This document shows positions 1 to 14,385 of a DNA stretch of 64,000 nt, one piece after another. The stretch is from Botryllus schlosseri (lineage: Eukaryota). Every line of letters starts with the position of its first letter. Positions within the stretch are counted from its first letter, which is position 1. The position numbers and the translations under genes were made by a program. Under the pieces are notes generated by a model that had not been told where the DNA came from, did no database searches, and was given only the letters and a program-made list of their open reading frames with translations. The DNA is taken from contig CM119372.1 of assembly GCA_051294905.1 (NCBI GenBank), forward strand, positions 19,160,001 through 19,224,000, given 5' to 3'.

Positions 1-2894
1 ACCGTTTTTCACTCCGAAATACCCGTCGGAGCTTCACTTCTGTGCTAATTTGCGGCATATCACTCGCAATTTGCTATAAATCTGACCTAAATTTTCAAAA
101 AAGAGGACAAAATCTCAAAAAAGAGGACAAAAGGGCGTCCTCTGAGGACACTTTCAAAAAAGTCAAAAAAGAGGACAAATCCTCTTAAAAGAGGACGTAT
201 GGTAAGCCTACCTTATCATATTCACACACGGCCCTACTTGAAACGGGCAACAACTGCTATATCGCAATCTTATACTCAGCATTTGAATCTGCCACTATAG
301 CCATCCGCTTACACACCATGTTAGCTTGGATTGCAGCTAGAATCAGTACCGAAACAGCATTTCGCCACACCATTCTCACAAATGTTTTCTTGCCCCCCCA
401 TAAGACGATCAATAAAGCTTGTGGCGGGCAAAGTCCCTCAGACCCCCTTTAACGACCGGGCTTTTCACAAGAACTGGAAACACGATTTGATGCGATATGG
501 ATTCGCTGTGTATTTACTGTCAAGTCGCGCCAAGCGCGAATATTTAGGCACGTAACTTTCAACTATAAATGTATTGTATGTTGTTAATTCGTGACCTCCT
601 GTCTACTATATGTCAAAAGATATTGGAGTCGCCCAAACGTAGCAGACGAAAAGAAAACTAAACGAAAAACTTTCGTGAGACGCACCCAGAAATTGTCATT
701 TATACTTGCGGTTCATCATTTTCCTCAGTGGGTGCCCCCGGTGGCATTTGTATTGAGGGGCAGAGATTGAGAAGACTATTCTTCGCAACCATCCAGCGCG
801 GCTATGGACAAATACACAATGTTTCGGTCAATGTAGCATGTCTTGGTGTGTTGCGGCGCGGTATTAGCCGGCGGTGTGTTGCGGCGCGGTATTGGCCGGC
901 ACCGAAATGCCTATTTCTGCGTAAATCATGCAATTGTATATTATGTCATATACAGGAAATGACGTCATGATGTCTCATTTAAAAAGAAAGACCTTCTCTC
1001 ATGAGGCCTTTTCATCGCATTGTTGTCTTCCAATGATAGCTTCTCAGAAGCAAAATAAATGTAATCGTGAGTAATCGTGATTACTTTTCCAAAGTAATCG
1101 TAATCGTAATCGACTACTTGCGGATTTTGCTGTAATCGTAATCGTAATCGTAATCGCGTGATTCAGAAGTAATCGTAATCGCAATCGATTACATTCATGA
1201 AGTAATCACCCCATGTCTGGTATTTATATCTTGATGTTGTGTGAAGGCGGGTCAAGCTCACAGCGGAGAGTGACTACATATTCACAAGCGGAAAGGTGGA
1301 TATTTCTAGCAAACTTTTTCATCAAAGCAAATAAAAAATTTTAGATTGTCAAGGTGCATGCTCGTTTAGTATTGATTTTTGTATGCTGCCAGCGTCATGC
1401 ATGGAGTGGCCCGCAGTTGAAATGCAATAAATTTCAACCAAAGATGGATGTTGTAATGACGTGAAAATTGAGATATATGAAAAAGGTTCACAGTGCAGAA
1501 CATACCAAGGTTCGTGTGTGAACGTGAACCTCTAAATTTCTGAGGTTCACACACAGAACGCGAACGTGAACCTCACGTTCACATCATCCCTACTAATAAT
1601 CTATATCATCTCTGAATCACTTGTAAGCGTTCTATTGACTCGATGTTGGCCGCGTGCAATCGCTAAGCTCAGTTCCCCTATCGCCCGGATACTAGGATGG
1701 GGTTCGTACCTTTGGCCGTCTTGCATCAGTTCGTTCAAATCATGGATCGTAGAGTTGAATACATAGATCGTCTAGCGCAGCCTTGGATTTGATGATGAGT
1801 GGGTTTGGTTCGGTTTATTTAACACATACAACAGTGGTGTTTATCGCCTATTAAGGTCATGTACACCACGACAATGATATCAGTAATGTTCAGGTTCTTT
1901 GCTTTTCCGTATTCTTTCCGGACGACTTCCACACTCGCGCGCTCCCAACTTCAGTGTCTCTCTCTCTCTCTCTCTCTCTTTCATGCATCCTGACTTGTTC
2001 TATACTGCCGACTTCTTACTGGCGCGGTCACCATCATACTGGGCTTTTCGAGACACTGCTATTGCAGTGAGGTTAGCGATGAGAAGCTCAGGTAAACCTC
2101 CGACACACAGAAGATGGTTCGAACCGGGTGAGAGTGGGTACGAAGACGCGGTGTTTATTGTAGTGTAGAAAGCGCGCTCTGCTGTCTCGAAAGTAGCGCT
2201 AGATTCCCGCATGAATTTGTCAACATGCTGCTTGCTGAGCACCTCTTGATTGGATGCTTGCAGTGTTGCAATATAGTATCATGATACCATATCGATGTCA
2301 GTCAGCCCTTGTGTTTTTTTAACTGACTGTTGTACGTATCCCAGAGTGTCTGTCCAATACTTGCATTGAAGTTTGAACGAACGACGATCAACTGAATATA
2401 ATCCAGCAAATCGTTAATAAAAACACTATGCCCGCCCATACACCTGTGTTAAACGTCGGCGATTCCGAGGGTTCCAACCATTCCATATCGCATACGCTGG
2501 CTATACTGGGTGCAAATCGTCCGTGGGCTCATACTACAGGTTTTTCTAAAAGTATTTACACAATTATGGCATAATTAGTTCTATAACACTTTTTTAATTT
2601 TTTTCAATAATTATTTTTCAATCTTGTTTTTTAAACCGTCAGTATCATATGCAGGGCTGTGGAGTCGGAGTCGGAGTCGGTGGAGTCGGAGTCGGAGTCG
2701 GGGTCGGAGTCGTGGAAAAAGTACTGACTGGAGTCGGAGTCGGAGTTAGTGAAAATGACCCCGCCTTCGACTCCGACTCCGACTCCAACTTCTTTATCAT
2801 GTAAACAATTTCTTTACAAAGATATCTTTTATATTACTAATATCAACTATAATAGGATTTTTATGTACTATCAATCACTGTTATTAGTAACGAT

Positions 2895-5429
2895 TAGGGA
2901 TGGTGTGAACCTCTGAAAGGTTCGGGTTCGTGTGAACGCGAACCTTTTTGAAAGGTTCTGTGTGGACACGAACGTGAACCTCGTGACGTCATATTGCTAA
3001 TTCCAACCCTATCTTTCAATGAAGTGATAGCCTTCAGGGGCGGGCAACTTCTCCAGCCGGCGGCCCGGATATAGGAAAATTAAGTACTTGGAGGGCCGGA
3101 TTGCTGAATCGACACATTATTCGCCCATTTATCCAAATACACAAGGAATAAATCGTATTTAATGAATGTATTTTAACGACAGTAATGTCACTTCAAAGCC
3201 ATTTCTCGCCGATAATGACGAGGATATAATGTGGATTTGAGAACAGCATTGTCATACAGGCGCCGCCATGTCTGCTTCTCTCTGATCATACATCTCTGAT
3301 CAACTATATGGTGTGGACACAAGCAAATCTCACGGCTCAGTGAAATTGGTCTACGTCACACTTTCCATTTGGTCAAAGGCAATTTGACGGTAGTTTTTGA
3401 CCGACTTGCCGAGCATTAAATTTCATAAAACGGGTATCAATCGAAAGCTATCGCGGTGCTGATTGCGAAAATATAAATTCTATTCTGCTCGAGGTTATGG
3501 AACCCCCAAAATCAGCCTTGAATGTTGCATTGTAACGGAGTTTCGTATTGTGACGCAGCCATGCCGTCTGAGCAGCTTAGGAGCAAGCGCGCACGAGAGT
3601 TAGAGTATGAATGCTCAATTGCTCAATCGGTTGCGCAGCAATGGCCAATACGCACGCGGTTTACTCTGCTCCTCACCTGCTCCCAGACGGCATGGTTGCG
3701 TCACAATACCAACCTCCGTTACAATGCAACATTCGAAGCTGATTTTGGGGTTCCGGGACCACGAGCAGAATAGAATTTATATTTTCGCAATTAGTACCGC
3801 GGTAGCTTTCGATTAATACCCGTTTTATCAATTTTCATGCTGGGCAAGCCGGTCAAAAATTACCGCCACATTGCCTTTGACCAAAGGGAAAGTGTGACGT
3901 AGACCTATTTCACTAAGCCGTGAGATTTGCTTTTGTACACACCTTATAGGACACTATACGCTGTGCTCAATCAACTCACGGCTCAATCCGTAATTATTAT
4001 TTCAAGGTGTTCGATAAGCCCGGTACCCCAAATTTACCAACATATCAATTCATTAGGGCTGAGTAGGTGATGAGATAGCGTAGTTGTTCATCCATGTGGC
4101 CTATTTTATCTCGATAATAAATTCATGCGGACCGCGGCATCTACGAAATTTGAAAAGTGGCCCGCGACCCGTTTTGAGTTGGCGTCCCTGGCATAAGCGG
4201 TGTCTTACAAAAGCCTACAAGTGTGCCGTGCTACAAGTCGGCGGTTACGGAATCAAAACTTATAAATATCGGTCTGGTGTAAATGACCATTGTAGTCTAC
4301 CAACACCATGATTTCCACAAACGATATTAGGGTTGAGTACATCGTAAGTGCCGATAATGCAAGTCTTCTCGCTTCGACGAACTTACGTGCAAGCTCCACT
4401 CGCACGCTGCGCATACAAATAACATACAGTCACTAAAATTTGAGGAAGTAAGCAAGTAGCGGGGTATCTCGGCAGACTGTAGCCGCGGGCCACATTATAA
4501 TATAAGACGGAAAACTGTCCGCGGACCGGACAAAATCACTTCGCGGGCCGGATCCGGGCCGGATGTTGCCCACCCCTGGCCTATATTAACGTACACGATA
4601 CCTAGCGAAGACTCGGGCCACATAATGTCGCATTGCTGTAGTAGGCTACATATTGGCGTTTTAAACGTCGCTAAATGTATCAACCGCGGTTATCAAAGGA
4701 TATAATAATCTCATGAAATCAATACATTCCGTCGCTTTGCCAACAATTTCGACGAGGACTTACCAAGCTTACGCCTCAATGGTCTTAGCCAGACCGGACA
4801 ATGTGTTCGGAGTCTGAGTATTGCTACATTGATGTTGAGCCGAGTGTAAAACGGGTTTCTATACTCGCTACCGATACCATAAACAACAAGTTATATAGCA
4901 GTAGCCAGCACCTTAATCGCACGGATTTGGTTTTAATGATACAGTAAAGATATGAAGTCAAGATTGACCCCGTACGCCCACTCGATATTTTACATCAGAA
5001 AACGATATCGATGTCATTGATTGGTTGAATAAGCATCATTCGCTGACTACGTATATCGCTCGTGATGTTGTGTGATTGCGGGTCAAGCTCACAGCGGAGA
5101 GTCATTAAATATTCAAAACGGAACGCTGAATATTTCGAGAAATTTTTGGTAACAAAAAAGCAAGTAAAACCTTTAAGGTTGTCATGGTGCATGCTCGTTT
5201 AGTGTTGATTTTTTATGCTGCCAGCGCCATGCATAGAGTGACCCGCAGTTGAAATGCAATAAACTTGAACCAAAGAGATCTTATAACGAAGTGCAAATTA
5301 CAATTTACCAAAAAGGTTCACAGTGCAGAACCTACCAAGGTTCTGTTGTGAACGCGAACCTCTAAATTTCCGAGGTTCACACACAGAACACGAACGTGAA
5401 CCTCACGTTCACAGTTCACACCATCCCTA
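2895..5429. mobile_element. Nested hAT element (TAGGGATGGTGTGAAC TIR)
   Basis: 8-bp TSD GTAACGAT; its right arm is also present at ~1225-1593. Confidence 0.85.
3304..3957. mobile_element. Foldback element (P/Galileo-like family), left terminus eroded
   Basis: Long inverted arms homologous to 46067-46652. Confidence 0.75.
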
Positions 5430-5448
5430 GTAACGATAGCCTACAGAT

Positions 5449-6306
5449 CAGGGTAAGCCAGACCGTGCCCCCCGCAGGCCAAATGTGGCCCGCGAGAAGG
5501 TTTTGTGTGGCATGCGATGTAATTCTCGAAATTAGATATAACATCTGGTAAAATTGCAAGGCCAACCAACATTTGATTAGCCTGACATCGAAATTTGATG
5601 ATGACTGAAACATCAGTCTCGATGCATTGGCGTAACCAGGGGCCAGCCACATTCAGCGCAGATCTTCGTATATGACCATAAAGTAGAATATTCCGTAGCA
5701 GATTTATTTGACTTGAAATTTTTCTTAGCACTTCGCATGATTTATTGTCACATTTCTTGCATTTAGTAGTGGAAACCCTCCTAGAGATTATAAATACGCG
5801 TAATTTAAAGAATTGAGTCCAACTATACTCGCAATTAGGAGATAAACTGATAAAGTGTCGTCCAACACGGGACTTCGCTTGTGCGCTCGAAGCGAGATCG
5901 TCGGCGATGAATCAAGAGCGGGTTCACCGAAACTGCCGATATTGCTATGTCTAAAACGCCAAATAATCTTGTCCTAGCGAAATGATCCCCTTGCTATACA
6001 GTAGGCCTAATGGTCCAGTAATATATTTATTGATCGAACTAATTCATCACCTTGAAAAAATTTCGTGCTTCGCGCGACCAGGGCCTGACTGCACAGTGCA
6101 CACTCTGTACAGTTGCACACTGAGTTTTCATGACATAGTTGTTATCAATTTTAAAACGTAGTCATATAAGTCTTGTTTTCAATGTTACCGAATTCGGTTC
6201 GTTCCTAATGGGAGACTCTAAAAAAAGGTTATCAACATTCAAGTTGCCCGCGCAATGGTTCGTAAATCTCATGCGACCCTTTAGCCGAAAAGGTTGGCCA
6301 CCCCTG
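5449..6306. mobile_element. Charlie-like hAT MITE
   Basis: CAGGG...CCCCTG ends, GGCCCGC subterminal motifs, degenerate TSD. Confidence 0.55.
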
Positions 6307-6982
6307 ACATAGATAGAATTGAACATTATTTGCAAAATACAATTCAGTTGCATAGAGGAAGAAAGAAGCAATATGCATCTTCGCGATGCAGTCACAAATT
6401 GATGCAATTTTTGGATTTATACCATGATATTGTGACAGAGTAAATATATCGTTTGGTTGTAAAATTGATGTAAATATACAACAGACGCTCCTTCCCACTT
6501 GACAAAAGTAAAAATATTTGTGGTTTAGCTTAGCTGCTTGGGCCGAACAAATGATTAAGAAAGACTGCTAGTCCTGGTCCTTGAATACTTGACTAAGTGC
6601 GTTGCGTAGACTAGACATATGCTATTTGGCTACTTCCTAAATTTCGTTTATGACCGATGTCTGTTAGTAGTGAGAGTGTGTGCGCTTGTAATCAGTACAG
6701 TGTGTAATGAGAAAATTAGTAAGTTACATCTCTGGCTGACTCATACACAAGAGCAACACTTCGATTGTTTAATCTACATTTTAATTATACAGTATATGGG
6801 GTATGTCGTGGTCGAATGATTCATACATATTAGGTTAATAAAGAGTCCATGTTATGAAAACTGATAAAATATAAAGATTTTTTTTTTTTAAATGTAGAAA
6901 GGCAATCTTTCATGCATAGTGAATAATTCGAGCTGTGCCACAATGAAACAATTTTGCGTGGCATCCTTGCATATGTTTATTG

Positions 6983-7340
6983 GGGGGAGATAGCGTAGTG
7001 GTGACGATAAGCGCCTACCAAGCAGGCGGTTCTGGTCGATTCCCGTCTGAGGTTCATTTGGGCTCCTCTCCCTCGCTATCGTTCTTACGGCCCAGAAAAA
7101 AAAGACCCGAAGAAAGAGAGCAAGCACTCACAAGGAATGGAAAGAACTAGTAGAAAGGGCCGCCCGCGGCTTCAAAAAGATCAACATCGAAAAAGAACTC
7201 TAGGCCGTGTTTGAGTACAGGATCGCTACTGATCCGTGTCGTTCGACATCCTATCTGTTCGTTACATTGCATTGTGTCTTATCACATTGTATGTGTAGCT
7301 TGTTCAGATGAAAATTATAACCGAATGTATTATTGTTATA
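6983..7340 (+). mobile_element. tRNA-derived SINE, family A
   Basis: A box TAGCGTAGTGG and a B-box-like motif; body shared with 22416, 27270 (-) and 35315. Confidence 0.75.
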
Positions 7341-8980
7341 TGATAGTCATTCAACCATCACTCTGGCATATTATATTCGAGGTAAATTGGTAATACTGTT
7401 GGAGTCGGTATTTTTAAAGACGATGGAGTCGGAGTCGGTACGTTTAAAGACCCAGGAGTCGGAGTCGGAGTCGGTGCTAAAATTTACCGACTCCACATCC
7501 CTGATCATATGTGTCCTCTTTTCTCGCATTTCGAGTCAGTGGCCTTGTATTTATTTTCAAGAAATTACTGTAGCTATGAAACATGCTGAATTGCTGGTTC
7601 AAATAGCCTTTTCAACAAATTGCTCTACCAATCCTACTTTCTTTGATTGTCGTTGCAAACATTCTCTGTCACGCGTGTGGGCCTTTACATGCGAGTAGTC
7701 TATCTGGCGCAATTTCTAACTTAACAAACCCTAACGAAAGAACCGCTATAAAACGCAGTCGCCTCGACAAGTTCGTTGTTTTACATGCGCGACATCATAA
7801 TTCGTATACCTAAGTGTTGGAGGTTTATCTAGGCTCCCCATCACCACCTCATCCGCGTAAGCGGTGTCTTACAAAAAGCCAAGAAGTGGGCGGTGCTATA
7901 AGTCGGCCGTTGAGGAATAAAAATGAAGAATATCGGCCTGGTGTAAATGACCATAGTAGTCGACAAGCACCATGGACACAAAACACCTCAAAACAAACAA
8001 ACAAGCCGGGTCCACGATTACGCTATCTTATCGTTGCTGTATGGGATACTTATTACGTCGCGAATACTGTGGTTTTGGACCGGTCATGCCATCCCAGTCG
8101 TTTTACCTTTCCTTCGGCAGCTATTAGCCTGCTATAGGTTGGCATCTGCCAAACATAATATTACGTAGTTTTCTTGGATGATGGTCCGGCAAGTTATTTC
8201 TACGAAACTTTGACCTGCATAGAGTGTAGGGATTTGGTGAGCTAATTCCAGCGCTGCAATAAATATTTCCAAATTGAACCCTCAGCGAACGAGTCATCAG
8301 TGGTCGAGCTTCGAGCTATATTTCCACGACAAGGTTTCAACAGTTGAATTCATTATGATGTCAGCGTAGCTACTGAACATAACATGGAAGGTCTTGAGAT
8401 ATTCCTATGCCTGCGGACCGAAATCGGAAGATTGCAAGCTAACGTGTGAGCCAATAGTTGTTATTTCTGCTCTACTTGAGTAGCATTGCGGACTTCCTTG
8501 ACCACCTCTGCGTAAATCAGTCATCAAATACTGACACGAGCCATTCCGTAGGGGCTCTCAGCTTAGCGCTGGAGAAAATCAAGCTGGGTGATGCATGCAT
8601 TGGACGAATACCGACAGAAGACAGTTGACGCATTTTCTACATTCAAGTGTTTTTTTTTTCAACAAATTACTCGTTACTCATTGACAAAAGTGCATGGCTA
8701 TACAATATATATACTGCAATAGACTACGTAATTCAGGCGAGAAACGCGAAGGACACGTCTAGGAACCGTAAATAAATTTTGCACGAGTTGTTCGCAGTCG
8801 TGGCATTGAACGAGCATGATGAGCCGGCCGCAAATACAACATATGGAAATCAGAGAATTAAAATCGTGTGTATTATTCGACAATACCAACTACGCAACAT
8901 CGGCACCTTACTATACAGGCTGGTAGATAAGTGGGAAAGGTAAACTCGTACCAGATCAAGGCTCAGAATTAGAACTTTGT

Positions 8981-9061
8981 CTAATAATACATTTTGTGAC
9001 CCTTCTTCATCTGCTTCTTCATTTTCTTCATCCTCTTACGCTCATGTTTCGGGAGATGTTT
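8981..9061 (-). CDS. PRR13: PRR13-like protein, last coding exon (KHLPKHERKRMKKMKKQMKKGHKMYY*)
   Basis: TTGTTCAG acceptor, phase 0, TAG stop at 8981-8983; the four exons total 513 nt = 170 aa + stop. Confidence 0.8.
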   Translation of the reverse strand, partial: KHLPKHERKRMKKMKKQMKKGHKMYY

Positions 9062-10442
9062 CTGAACAAGATCAATTATTACGTATACTATGGCTTCCAC
9101 GGAAACGAGTGACTCGTTGATAAAGTCATCGCCAAACGCTTGCAGAAATTTAAAAAAAACCGTGACACTAAAAGGGCCGTATTCGTAATACGGGGTCGTG
9201 TGCAAGCAGGTTTTTGCAAGATTGTGATATCTTGTTAACGTTACACGAGTCAGCACGCGAGAATAGAAGGAATCGGCTGTACATGCGCATTGTCCGTAGA
9301 GCGTCACCTCACTCGTGTCTCGGCATATATCTACTCACTCGCTTTATACTTGTACTGGCGTGGTCCGAGCTAATATTTGCTATATTAGACAATCGCCATC
9401 ATTAGCGGTTACTCTGTAGCGTGACCAGTACAATTGAATGTTTTATGGATTCAAATCCGAGCACACAACACCGTCACAAAGTGAGAATATGCTGCGCCAG
9501 GTCAGTCGCCTACACCTACTTCACGGCGCTAATGATACAATTCCTTTTTCAGTCACAAAGCTTTGAAACCCAATCAAGATAGTCTGTTAACGACCGACAA
9601 ATTGTGACGTAATTGCAGCAGTGGCGCCACAGAAATTAACATTTTGATCCGTGGAGGAAGATTTACTGCACTCGTTCAAACTTCGTTCTCGCATACTCCG
9701 GCTGGCAGCAACGCCCGTGATCAGAAGGGCTGGTTGCCGGCCACAGATTAACCCCGATAGAATACTCGAATCCACAACAACTGTTATTTCTAATGATTCG
9801 ACTCGAGCAGTGGAAGTCGATATTTACAAGCACTGAAACTACACGCTCCTGCAGAGTTAGTTAATTATTCAACGCTCATTACAGCTTCCATACTATCTTC
9901 ACAGTGAAAGGCTGTAAACCGCGGACGTTAGTGGAAATGATGTATCTGTGAAACCTGGATCAACCCAAAGCACTGTCTAAAGTGCAATGAGATTGGCATG
10001 GTCAAAAATTACAAAATAATATTCAACTGGCATTATATTCTTTCGCAGAAATACTTAACGCAATGACGCCGCATAGTCGTAATGCAGCGCCTGACAGCAA
10101 GACACGAAATTCACCTGGTGTAGGTCATTTCATTGTAGTTCAAGTAGATGTTGATTGCAGCAGGAGCTTAAGTATAATTCCACTAGTAATCACGAGGCTC
10201 GACTGACACATCTAAGGTAGTGACGACTCAAGCGTGCATTACATTTACAACTCTAAAACGAACATTTATAATGAGAACATTACCAGAACCACAGCAGAAG
10301 ATGAGCGTGGCTTGTTGAGCAATCGATCGTTGCTATGCGCAACCAATCACGTGACCGAAGTCCCGCAGATAGCCCGACGACGTCTGGTCGTTTTAAAACA
10401 CTCTCAGCAACGAAAAATGGTCATTCAGCAGCTGCTAACGAG

Positions 10443-10636
10443 CAATGTTCCCTCGAAGCTGCGCGCGTGCGCAAATGCGCAGTGCTGACACGGTCTCTGG
10501 GCGCAGAAAATCCAACTTGCGCACGAAAAATCCGAAGTGATGACCTTTATTTTCGTCGTTACGCACTGTTTTCCAAGGGTCTGCGCAGTGAGTTGATGAG
10601 TGTGCGCAGACTCGTCAAAAATTAGAGGGAACATTG
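10443..10636. mobile_element. hAT MITE (CAATGTTCCCTC TIR family) in PRR13-like intron 3
   Basis: TIRs plus 8-bp TSD CTAACGAG; homologous to 62791-62991. Confidence 0.9.
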
Positions 10637-11034
10637 CTAACGAGGCTAACATATTCAAATTCGCTCGGATAATTCCGGCAGTGTCTTCAGGCATTACTCG
10701 GGGAAAATTCGGATCCAACCAGGCCTTGTGCTTAGCTTTACACGGAAGATTCCAATCGCAGCAAGGCGATGCAAGCACGTCCGTCGTACGCGTATATGTA
10801 TAATTGTATACGGATGATAACTTAGCAGGTTAGCGGATGTTGCTCTTACGACATGTACAGCACATATAACGTCATCTTATTTCTGCAGACGGATAAATTG
10901 ATGCGACGCGCATGGGCCGTCACATATTGATAAATCTAAAGTACTTTAGATGATGTAGCTGCACTACAAACGATTCTTATTGCGATTATCGGCCTCAACC
11001 AGATGCAGGCACTCACCCAGCGGTATAATATACT

Positions 11035-11605
11035 CAGGGTTGTAACCAAATCACAAGGCTCCGAGTCACAAGTCAATCTGAATTTTATAGTTTTGACTTG
11101 AGTCAAGTCGAGTCATTTTGAATTCACCACCTAGTCAAGTCCGAGTCCAAGTCACCGAACAGAGGGTCGAGTCCGAGTCATGGTATTATGACTCGAGTCA
11201 GAGTCCAAGTCATTGTGTTGACTGCTCAGTTTCCAGTTAAAGTCTTGTTAAGCCCACTTTTTATAACTCAGTTTGGTGTTATCCAACGGTTCGCATTTAT
11301 AATTTACTAATTTTCCTCACTTTTAGTAGTTTATGGTCGCATTTTCAATTACCAGTACTGATAGACGAAATCCCAACAGTGTAGTAACTTGACTATTCTG
11401 TGAAATTACAATGAAATGTAGGTCTTGGCCGTCTGAGTCTCGAGTCATATGACTTGGTTCGAGTAATGTGCGATGACTCAAGTCCAAATCGAGTCAATAC
11501 ACAGATTGACTCGAGTCGAGTCATTTCCGTATTTTGAGAAAATGACTCGAGTCATCCGAAAATCGTGACTCGAGTCGAGTCATGACTCGAGTCATTACAA
11601 CCCTG
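11035..11605. mobile_element. hAT MITE with GACTCGAGTC subterminal repeats
   Basis: CAGGGTTGTAA TIR; 8-bp TSD AATATACT. Confidence 0.9.
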
Positions 11606-12006
11606 AATATACTTCCCGACAGACAAAAAGCCGCAAAAGTAGCTGCTGACCCAATTTAAATGATGGTATGAGAATGAACAAAAGTTTAAAGAATGAGGAA
11701 TTCAAAACCTATCCCATCGACATGTTCACACTACTCTCAATTTGAATATCCTGAACTAGCCCAGTAAAAGTATTACGGTATATATATAAGTGAAGTTGAA
11801 GCACATGGAGAAGTAGGTGGAATAATGAAAATGATAGTAGTGATATCATTGTTTATATGCCGAGTGCGGTACGGTCTCTTTGTGACGTCAAAAATGGCGC
11901 AAAAACTGCTTTCCTCACTGCCGACCACGCCTTCTTGTCAGTCATAACGAACTCATTTCCTAACTTTCTATGCTTCTCGAGCTGATGTAAGCTTATCAAA
12001 ACTTAC

Positions 12007-12158
12007 GTATTCATCGTCGCTGCTGCTCGAGCTTGATGAAGACGAGCTAGAATGCTTCTTTCCATGCTTATGGTGCTTCTGGTGTTTGTGATGCTTGTGG
12101 TGGGCGCCATACGCCATTGCGCCTCCAGCCATAGCGCCAGCCGCCATTGCATAGCCTC
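12007..12158 (-). CDS. PRR13: PRR13-like protein, coding exon 3 (GGYAMAAGAMAGGAMAYGAHHKHHKHQKHHKHGKKH-S11-DDEY)
   Basis: TTAAG acceptor, GTAAGT donor at 12006, phase 1/0. HKHQKHHKHGKKH followed by poly-Ser and an acidic end closely resembles the vertebrate PRR13 C-terminus as I recall it. Confidence 0.85.
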
Positions 12159-13818
12159 CTTAATTCAAAGGAACAGTCATTTCTTTGTGAAACTCATTTG
12201 CTAAACTGAGCCGTGACTTCTGACACAGTCACGGGGATTTGGTAAAATGCAGAATATATCGATGTCTTGAGAGAGGTGAGGTACGGTAACTAAGTTAATT
12301 TCAAGGTAATTTAACACTTTTGATCTTTGGCCAATCAACAAAAACACCAAATTAGCGTATGCATGACACCGTCCACTCAGTACTTCCTAGATAATTTTGA
12401 GACACGCCCCTTTAATGATAGTTGAAAATTTTGCGCCCTACACTACCATTATCACCAAAAAACACGCAATAAAGCAAACAACAAAGCTGTTTGCAAACGT
12501 CTCACGATAGAGAGCTGCATAACTGATTTGACAAGCCAACCAGGACTCTGTACTTGATAACAAGCACCTTTGCCTGAATTTGGATATGCATTCGGCCAAC
12601 GCAGGTTTCGTGCTAGGTTTGAACATCCCATAGTGAACTTGAGTGCCACTTTCATATGGTATTCGTTAAGAGAGTCGTCCGTTAAGAGAGTCGCCCATTA
12701 CTTTTGGTCTGCCTTCATATGTGCCGCTTCTATAAGAGTGACATTCTACCAAGTGCGTCCCAATTGAGGATACTAGACGAGGCTAAGTTGATGTTGTTGA
12801 CAGCTTGGATGCAAAGCTTTGTGACTTAGATTCACAAGGCGTTGGGTACGACGTAGTCGTGCATCGGAATAAAAGCCTATCATAATCACAAGGAAACATT
12901 GAATTTTGCAAGACTTCCTGCCAAAGGACGGATAGCCTCTGGCGAATGGATATTATTCGGCCGTTACTTTCAACTCATGTTTTCTGGTTGGTCTGAGATC
13001 AGGAATCAGTCAAAATCAAGCATCAGTGCTAGTGCACATGGATGATACGACACAATGGTGACGATAAAAATCAATTATTGCCATTTTTAACCACTTCCAA
13101 GTTTCAGCACAGCTTCAAGCTCATTCCCAATTTAAGAAAGCTTTGCTTCCCCGTTAGAATCTTCCAGGTCACACCAAGGAGGCCGCGCCCCCCATTTCAA
13201 GAATCACTGCTCTATATTAGAATCGAATTTCAACAATTTATCTGTGTGTGGCTTCTTCTTACATCCAGTTCCAGCAGTTGAGTGATGACTCGAACCTGCA
13301 TTAGCAATACCATGATGTCCTACTCACAAAACGATCTCCAAAAGAAATAAAATGATAGAAGTGACTAGATCAACTGAATCTCCACGGCGCACAGCAGACT
13401 GCAATAACTGAGCAGAATGTGGCAATGACCAAAGTTGATATAAACATTGAGCTCATGGTTTTCCATTAAAAATGAACACGCATTAATCACATTGCAAATC
13501 TGATGGATGTGATGCTGATAGTTGATACATCATTTCTCTATACAGACACAATCAAACAAGCTAAGAAATCATTTGGAACCAGTAATAATTGCCTTCACGT
13601 GGGACCACCCTAGTGGGCAATTAATACTAGCATGATCAATAAAGAAAATGGGAATGCACTACATTCTTAGTCGGTCTAAATTTCTGTTATAATTTCACAC
13701 CATAAAACTAGACAGAGGTTCAATGACTAAATTTCAATACAGAAAATAGCATCATCACCGATTGGCATAATGCTGAAAACTATAGCAATGAAAAAAGAAA
13801 ACAATTGACGACACATAC

Positions 13819-14019
13819 CATGATGTGCACCATGATGTCCTCCGTGAGGGTACCCATGCTGTGGAGGGGGTACGTGTCCTGTTGGGTAAGCGCCAGGTGG
13901 TGGAGGACCACCAGGGTGCGGATAGGCCCCCGGCGCAGGTGGGGGTGCATATCCGGCTCCTGGTGGAGGAGCATATCCCGGAGCTCCCGGTGGTGGGTAC
14001 CCTTGGGGTGGTGGGTAAC
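13819..14019 (-). CDS. PRR13: PRR13-like protein, coding exon 2 (GYPPP repeats ... HGGHHGAHHG)
   Basis: TTTTACCAG acceptor, G|GTATGT donor, 201 nt, phase 1/1; lies within ORF 13727..14101. Confidence 0.85.
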
Positions 14020-14385
14020 CTGGTAAAATGATACCAGAGTAATGACTAGTGCGGTCGATTACAAAGCATGATATAAACCACGAGTTTGCAGAGAAGTACA
14101 TGGCTATAGGCCTTTATATGTAAAAGACTGACTCTGGATATAGGCCTACTTCGGGTCAGGGGTTGGGGTTAGTACAAAACACCAGAAGAAACGTAATACT
14201 GGTATAATGTAATGCTAGTAGCGTGTCAAAGCGATTTTGCATAGTCTATCAATCAAACGCCTCCCTTGAACAAAAGATACCGACATAAAAAGATGAACGG
14301 GTTAAGACAGGGTTGTCAAATCCAATTTGGGTCAAGAACCTACCCACAAGTATTTTTCTCATTTGCTCAACATTGCCTCACAGGT

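Larger units (their letters stand above)
2652..7503. mobile_element. Non-autonomous hAT element with GGAGTC subterminal repeats, hosting nested inserts
   Basis: CAGGGCTGTGGAGTC / GACTCCACATCCCTG ends; 8-bp TSD ATCATATG. Confidence 0.85.

Noticed and set aside
1600..2330. LINE ORF2 remnant (also ~8130-8690 and ~26580-26880)
   Set aside because: It looks like decayed coding sequence, but no diagnostic RT or endonuclease motif could be read.
6983..7060. tRNA gene (also at 22416, 31872, 35315 and 61856)
   Set aside because: The A/B boxes run into shared SINE bodies and no convincing cloverleaf forms.
331..8168. Short ORFs from the ORF track
   Set aside because: They lie in repeats, have no recognisable domains and lack consistent splice signals.
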